Shown here one piece after another: positions 30,615-34,154 of a stretch of 34,154 bases of DNA. The notes under the pieces were generated by a model. It had not been told where the DNA came from, did no database searches, and saw only the letters and a list, made by a program, of their open reading frames with translations. Position 1 is the stretch's first letter; the number at the start of each line of letters is the position of its first letter. The translations under genes and the position numbers were made by a program. Origin of the DNA: Stramenopiles sp. TOSAG23-2 (taxonomy: Eukaryota). The DNA is taken from the NCBI GenBank assembly GCA_900128395.1, contig LT649351.1, positions 1-34,154 on the forward strand, written 5' to 3'.

Positions 30615-31899
30615 CTTTTCTTTTTATTTTGTAAATGGTAAATAAACCGTATATATATATATATATATTAATGATGATTATTGTAATAATAAAGATGATA
30701 ATATTGTATGTTATTGTTTTTTTGTATCGATATACAGATGTATGTATTATATATATGTTGTTGTATTTGAAAGAAAGTAACATTATTTATCGATAAATGC
30801 ACGCACGATAATGATATTTACCTGTAAATACGTTACTAGCCAGCCCAGCCAGCTAGCAGGCGTACATCAACTTATACTTCTCCCATCAATGGTTTCTCCG
30901 CGGCATCAACACGATGCAAGAGCGCGTACTGTATCAAAAACGTACTGTACAGTATTGTAAGCCTGGTAAGTGCGTAGCCAGTAGTGGTAAGCCTGTGTGG
31001 AGCTGTATATTTTCATAGTAGCATTATTATTGTGTCTACAGTTGCACTTACTTCACCTATCACCTATATTTTAGGTACTGGGTATATAGTACACTAGCTG
31101 GGCTAGCATGGCTAGAGCTACAGTAGGTACCAGTTTATTAGACGTTTGAAATAATTGGGTAAAACCCAAGCTACCACGGTTGTTTTAGGTGGCAATAGAA
31201 TACAGAATTTAGGAGAACCTCGTATAAAATCATGATTGTGATTAAAATTTTTTGTGAACGAACCATCAAACTGACTTGAAATTCATTATATTGGTTTATT
31301 GCTATGTCATTAAATACATATTCAATTTTTATTGAGAATGTATCGTAGCAACACTTGTCATTGCAGATGGTTCAGTTGTTATCGTTTGTTGTTGTTTTGT
31401 TTTATTTGTTTTAATTGTTTTTTGTGTATTATCTATATGGTCATGGTCCTTATTGCGAATGATTTACATCAGCACAATGCTATTCATATCGTAAGACACT
31501 TATCCAATAGTACCATGTTGTTTTTTTCAATGGTCAAATTATATGCTGTGTGGTAGGAAGGATAGAAATTTTAGACATATTGATCGATCTTATTGAGTGG
31601 GGAGTGGGGGGATCTAAATTTTCAAGCTTTGCTTATGGAACGCAGTCCTGTTTTTTAAAGTTTCATGCTATAATACTGTACTGTATTTGCTTATACGCAA
31701 AGCGGCGAGGTACTCTCTGGTACTCCTCGACTATTATGCTAATGCTGTATCGCACTATCATATTTAAATCATCCATTATTATATATTTGTTATACATTAT
31801 CATTGAAATTATATTTATCCATATATAGAATGAATGTATAGAGATATATCCACACACTATTGAAAACATCATCAATTATATTATTGTACATAACAAAAG

Positions 31900-32199
31900 A
31901 TGGATTCCACGGATGATGAAGAAGATGCATTGGAAGCGATGAGACATTCAGATTTAGGAGGAGCGTCAATGAATACACATGAAGAGCCAGAGAATGAACG
32001 GTTTGAAAACGGTGTAAGGGAGACAATAGAATTTGAAGAAGCGTTAGGACATTTAAACTTGAAACAAAAAATTGGAGACGGTATTGATACAAAATCAAAG
32101 ACAAAGTCAAATAAAGTGGGGAATAATAATCGCAATAGTGGTCGTAAAAGTAATAATGGTGCTGGTAGAAAGAAATCTAGTTCGAATCGTAAAAAATAG
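31900..32199 (+). CDS. Mirror copy of the 99-aa hypothetical protein
   Basis: Reverse complement of 1956..2255. Confidence 0.55.
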   Translation: MDSTDDEEDALEAMRHSDLGGASMNTHEEPENERFENGVRETIEFEEALGHLNLKQKIGDGIDTKSKTKSNKVGNNNRNSGRKSNNGAGRKKSSSNRKK

Positions 32200-33003
32200 A
32201 TACACGTATACTATTTTTTTTTAAATATTTCTACGAGGTATGGCGATATGAAGGCTTTTAGGCTTTTTTTTATTCTAAAAATCAATGTAAAATCAATCAC
32301 TCTAATTTCCATTATTTCAATCTTTGTATTTTTTTAATAAATTACACACACGCGAATAATACCCTCTTCGTATCAAATTTTTATAATAATAATTATATAT
32401 AATATATATTTTATACGAGTATAATATATATTATATATATATATAAATTTTAAAAATAAATATATACACCGCACACACAATTATACGTTCGAGTGTAATA
32501 CAAATTTTTTCTCTCCCAGCTCTCACAAAGCTTCTTTTACATTATCACATTTTCTTTTTTTCGTAAGCTATTTCTAACCATTATTGCCTCTCACCGTATG
32601 CATATAAATACATACATCATATTACACACACCAAAATATGTATACACATATGTGTATATATATATATATATAATTGTGTCATACACCATCCAAAAAAAAA
32701 AAACGTTTTTCATTTCATTCTTTCAAAAATTAATGGATCACGTATTTCCACAATAATAATATATTACTTTATCATGTATTAGAAACTTCTTCTTTTTCTT
32801 TTTTCTACTATATATATATTACAATCATACATATATATATATATATATATCATCTAAATTTCATTACATGCATAACGCTACAATATCAAGTTTTTCTTTT
32901 TCTTCTTTTTTTTTTTTTTCATCATCATCATATATCATCACACAAAAGCATTTGTATTTTTTATATTTTTAATATATTAATATATAATATCATATATATA
33001 TAT

Positions 33004-33831
33004 TTACCTTCCAGAATTTAATCCTAATAACATATTACCTTGACCTGGTAAATATGTAACATTACCTGATCCAGCCAATGCTGTTGCAATTTCTTTTGCC
33101 GCATCAATACGACGTACTTGAATGACACCTTCACCTGATTTTGATAATGCTTCTGTAATAATTCTTGCACTTTCAGACTCCCCTTCTGCTCGTATAACTG
33201 CTGCTTTTGCTTCTTGCTCTGCCATGGCAACAATGAATTTTGCACGTTCAGCTTCCTGTTGTGCAATTTGTTTATGTTCAATAGAACGTTCGAATTCTTT
33301 CATAAAAGTTAAATGTGTAATAGATACATCGGTGACATTTAAATGAAATTGTCCAGCTCTTTCAATTAATGTTTCTGAGATTTCGCGTGATACTTGCTCG
33401 CGATTGGTAATCAATTGCTCTGCATCGTATTGTGCCACAATTGCTTTTAATATTTCCGGTGCAATCGATGGCAATACACGATCGTCATAATCTTGTCCAA
33501 TTTCACCATGAATAGTTGGTATTTTATCTGGTATAGGATGTGATAATATACGTAAGGATATATTAACTTGCTGTAAATCTTTGGAACCGGTCGATGTATT
33601 TACAGTTCTAGGCCTAGATTTTACATCATAAATGTGCGGGTATTGTATATATGGCATTTTAAAATGCATCCCTGGTTCTTTTACTTTTGGCAATACACCA
33701 CGAAAACGATCATATATCACAGCCCTTTCACCACCGTCAACATCATATAAAGAATTTTGTAAAATTACACCTGCTACACCAAGACCTAATACACCTTGTG
33801 AAATTTTTTTCGCGGCATTTAAATACGACAT
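33004..33831 (-). CDS. PHB1: Mirror copy of prohibitin 1
   Basis: Reverse complement of 324..1151 with the same translation. Confidence 0.95.
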   Translation of the reverse strand: MSYLNAAKKISQGVLGLGVAGVILQNSLYDVDGGERAVIYDRFRGVLPKVKEPGMHFKMPYIQYPHIYDVKSRPRTVNTSTGSKDLQQVNISLRILSHPIPDKIPTIHGEIGQDYDDRVLPSIAPEILKAIVAQYDAEQLITNREQVSREISETLIERAGQFHLNVTDVSITHLTFMKEFERSIEHKQIAQQEAERAKFIVAMAEQEAKAAVIRAEGESESARIITEALSKSGEGVIQVRRIDAAKEIATALAGSGNVTYLPGQGNMLLGLNSGR

Positions 33832-34154
33832 GCTTGTTTTATATGTGTGTGTATGATGTACGTACTAAATATATTTTTTTCAATTGTTGTTGTTGATATT
33901 CTTTTTTTATACATTTGATGATGATGATGAATGTATATGATGAATGTATATATGTATGAGAATTATTTATATAATAATGATATTTCTATGTAATATCTGT
34001 TTGTTTTTACCATAATAGTATGTGGTGCTCTGTGTAAAAATGTAATGATTATTCTACGAAGGTGTATGTATGGTGACTTTAGCATTGCACCATTTATAGA
34101 AGTGCGAGAAAGCTTTATTTTGTTTGTGGTGTGTTCACATTGTTGTGGACTTCC

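Larger units (their letters stand above)
1..34154. repeat. Whole-window inverted repeat (palindrome): arm 1..17077 is the reverse complement of arm 17078..34154, with no spacer
   Basis: The window starts GGAAGTCCACAACAATG and ends CATTGTTGTGGACTTCC. Every ORF in the track has a mirror ORF whose coordinates sum to 34155. The centre reads TTCACACACATGTATAT|ATATACATGTGTGTGAA. Confidence 0.99.

Noticed and set aside
17078-34154. Treating the second-arm genes as independent paralogues or a 14-gene cluster
   Set aside because: They are base-for-base mirrors apart from a few SNPs, so they add no independent evidence until the palindrome is validated.

Overview
AT-rich eukaryotic (protist-like) nuclear DNA with the standard genetic code; TAA, TAG and TGA all serve as stops. 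The whole 34,154-bp window is a near-perfect, spacer-less palindrome: position i pairs with 34155-i, and the axis lies between 17077 and 17078 inside ...CACATGTATAT|ATATACATGTG.... There are therefore only ~17 kb of unique sequence. The unique arm carries seven genes in strictly alternating orientation: prohibitin (PHB1), a 99-aa hypothetical protein, a tandem universal-stress-protein gene (one 95-nt GT-AG intron, missed by the ORF track), a kinesin, a long UFD1-family protein, a Pumilio/PUF protein and a compact COG1-like protein with IQ motifs. By eye I found four single-base differences between the arms and no indels. The most likely explanation is a fold-back chimera or assembly artefact seeded by a short native TA palindrome; a real inverted amplicon or hairpin cannot be excluded without reads. 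I found no prokaryotic, CRISPR, rRNA, tRNA or transposase features. The best biological leads are the mini-COG1 with IQ motifs, the altered PUF recognition code, the non-canonical kinesin switch motifs, the UFD1 with two SHP boxes plus a MIU-like motif, and distinct motif vocabularies in divergent versus convergent spacers.
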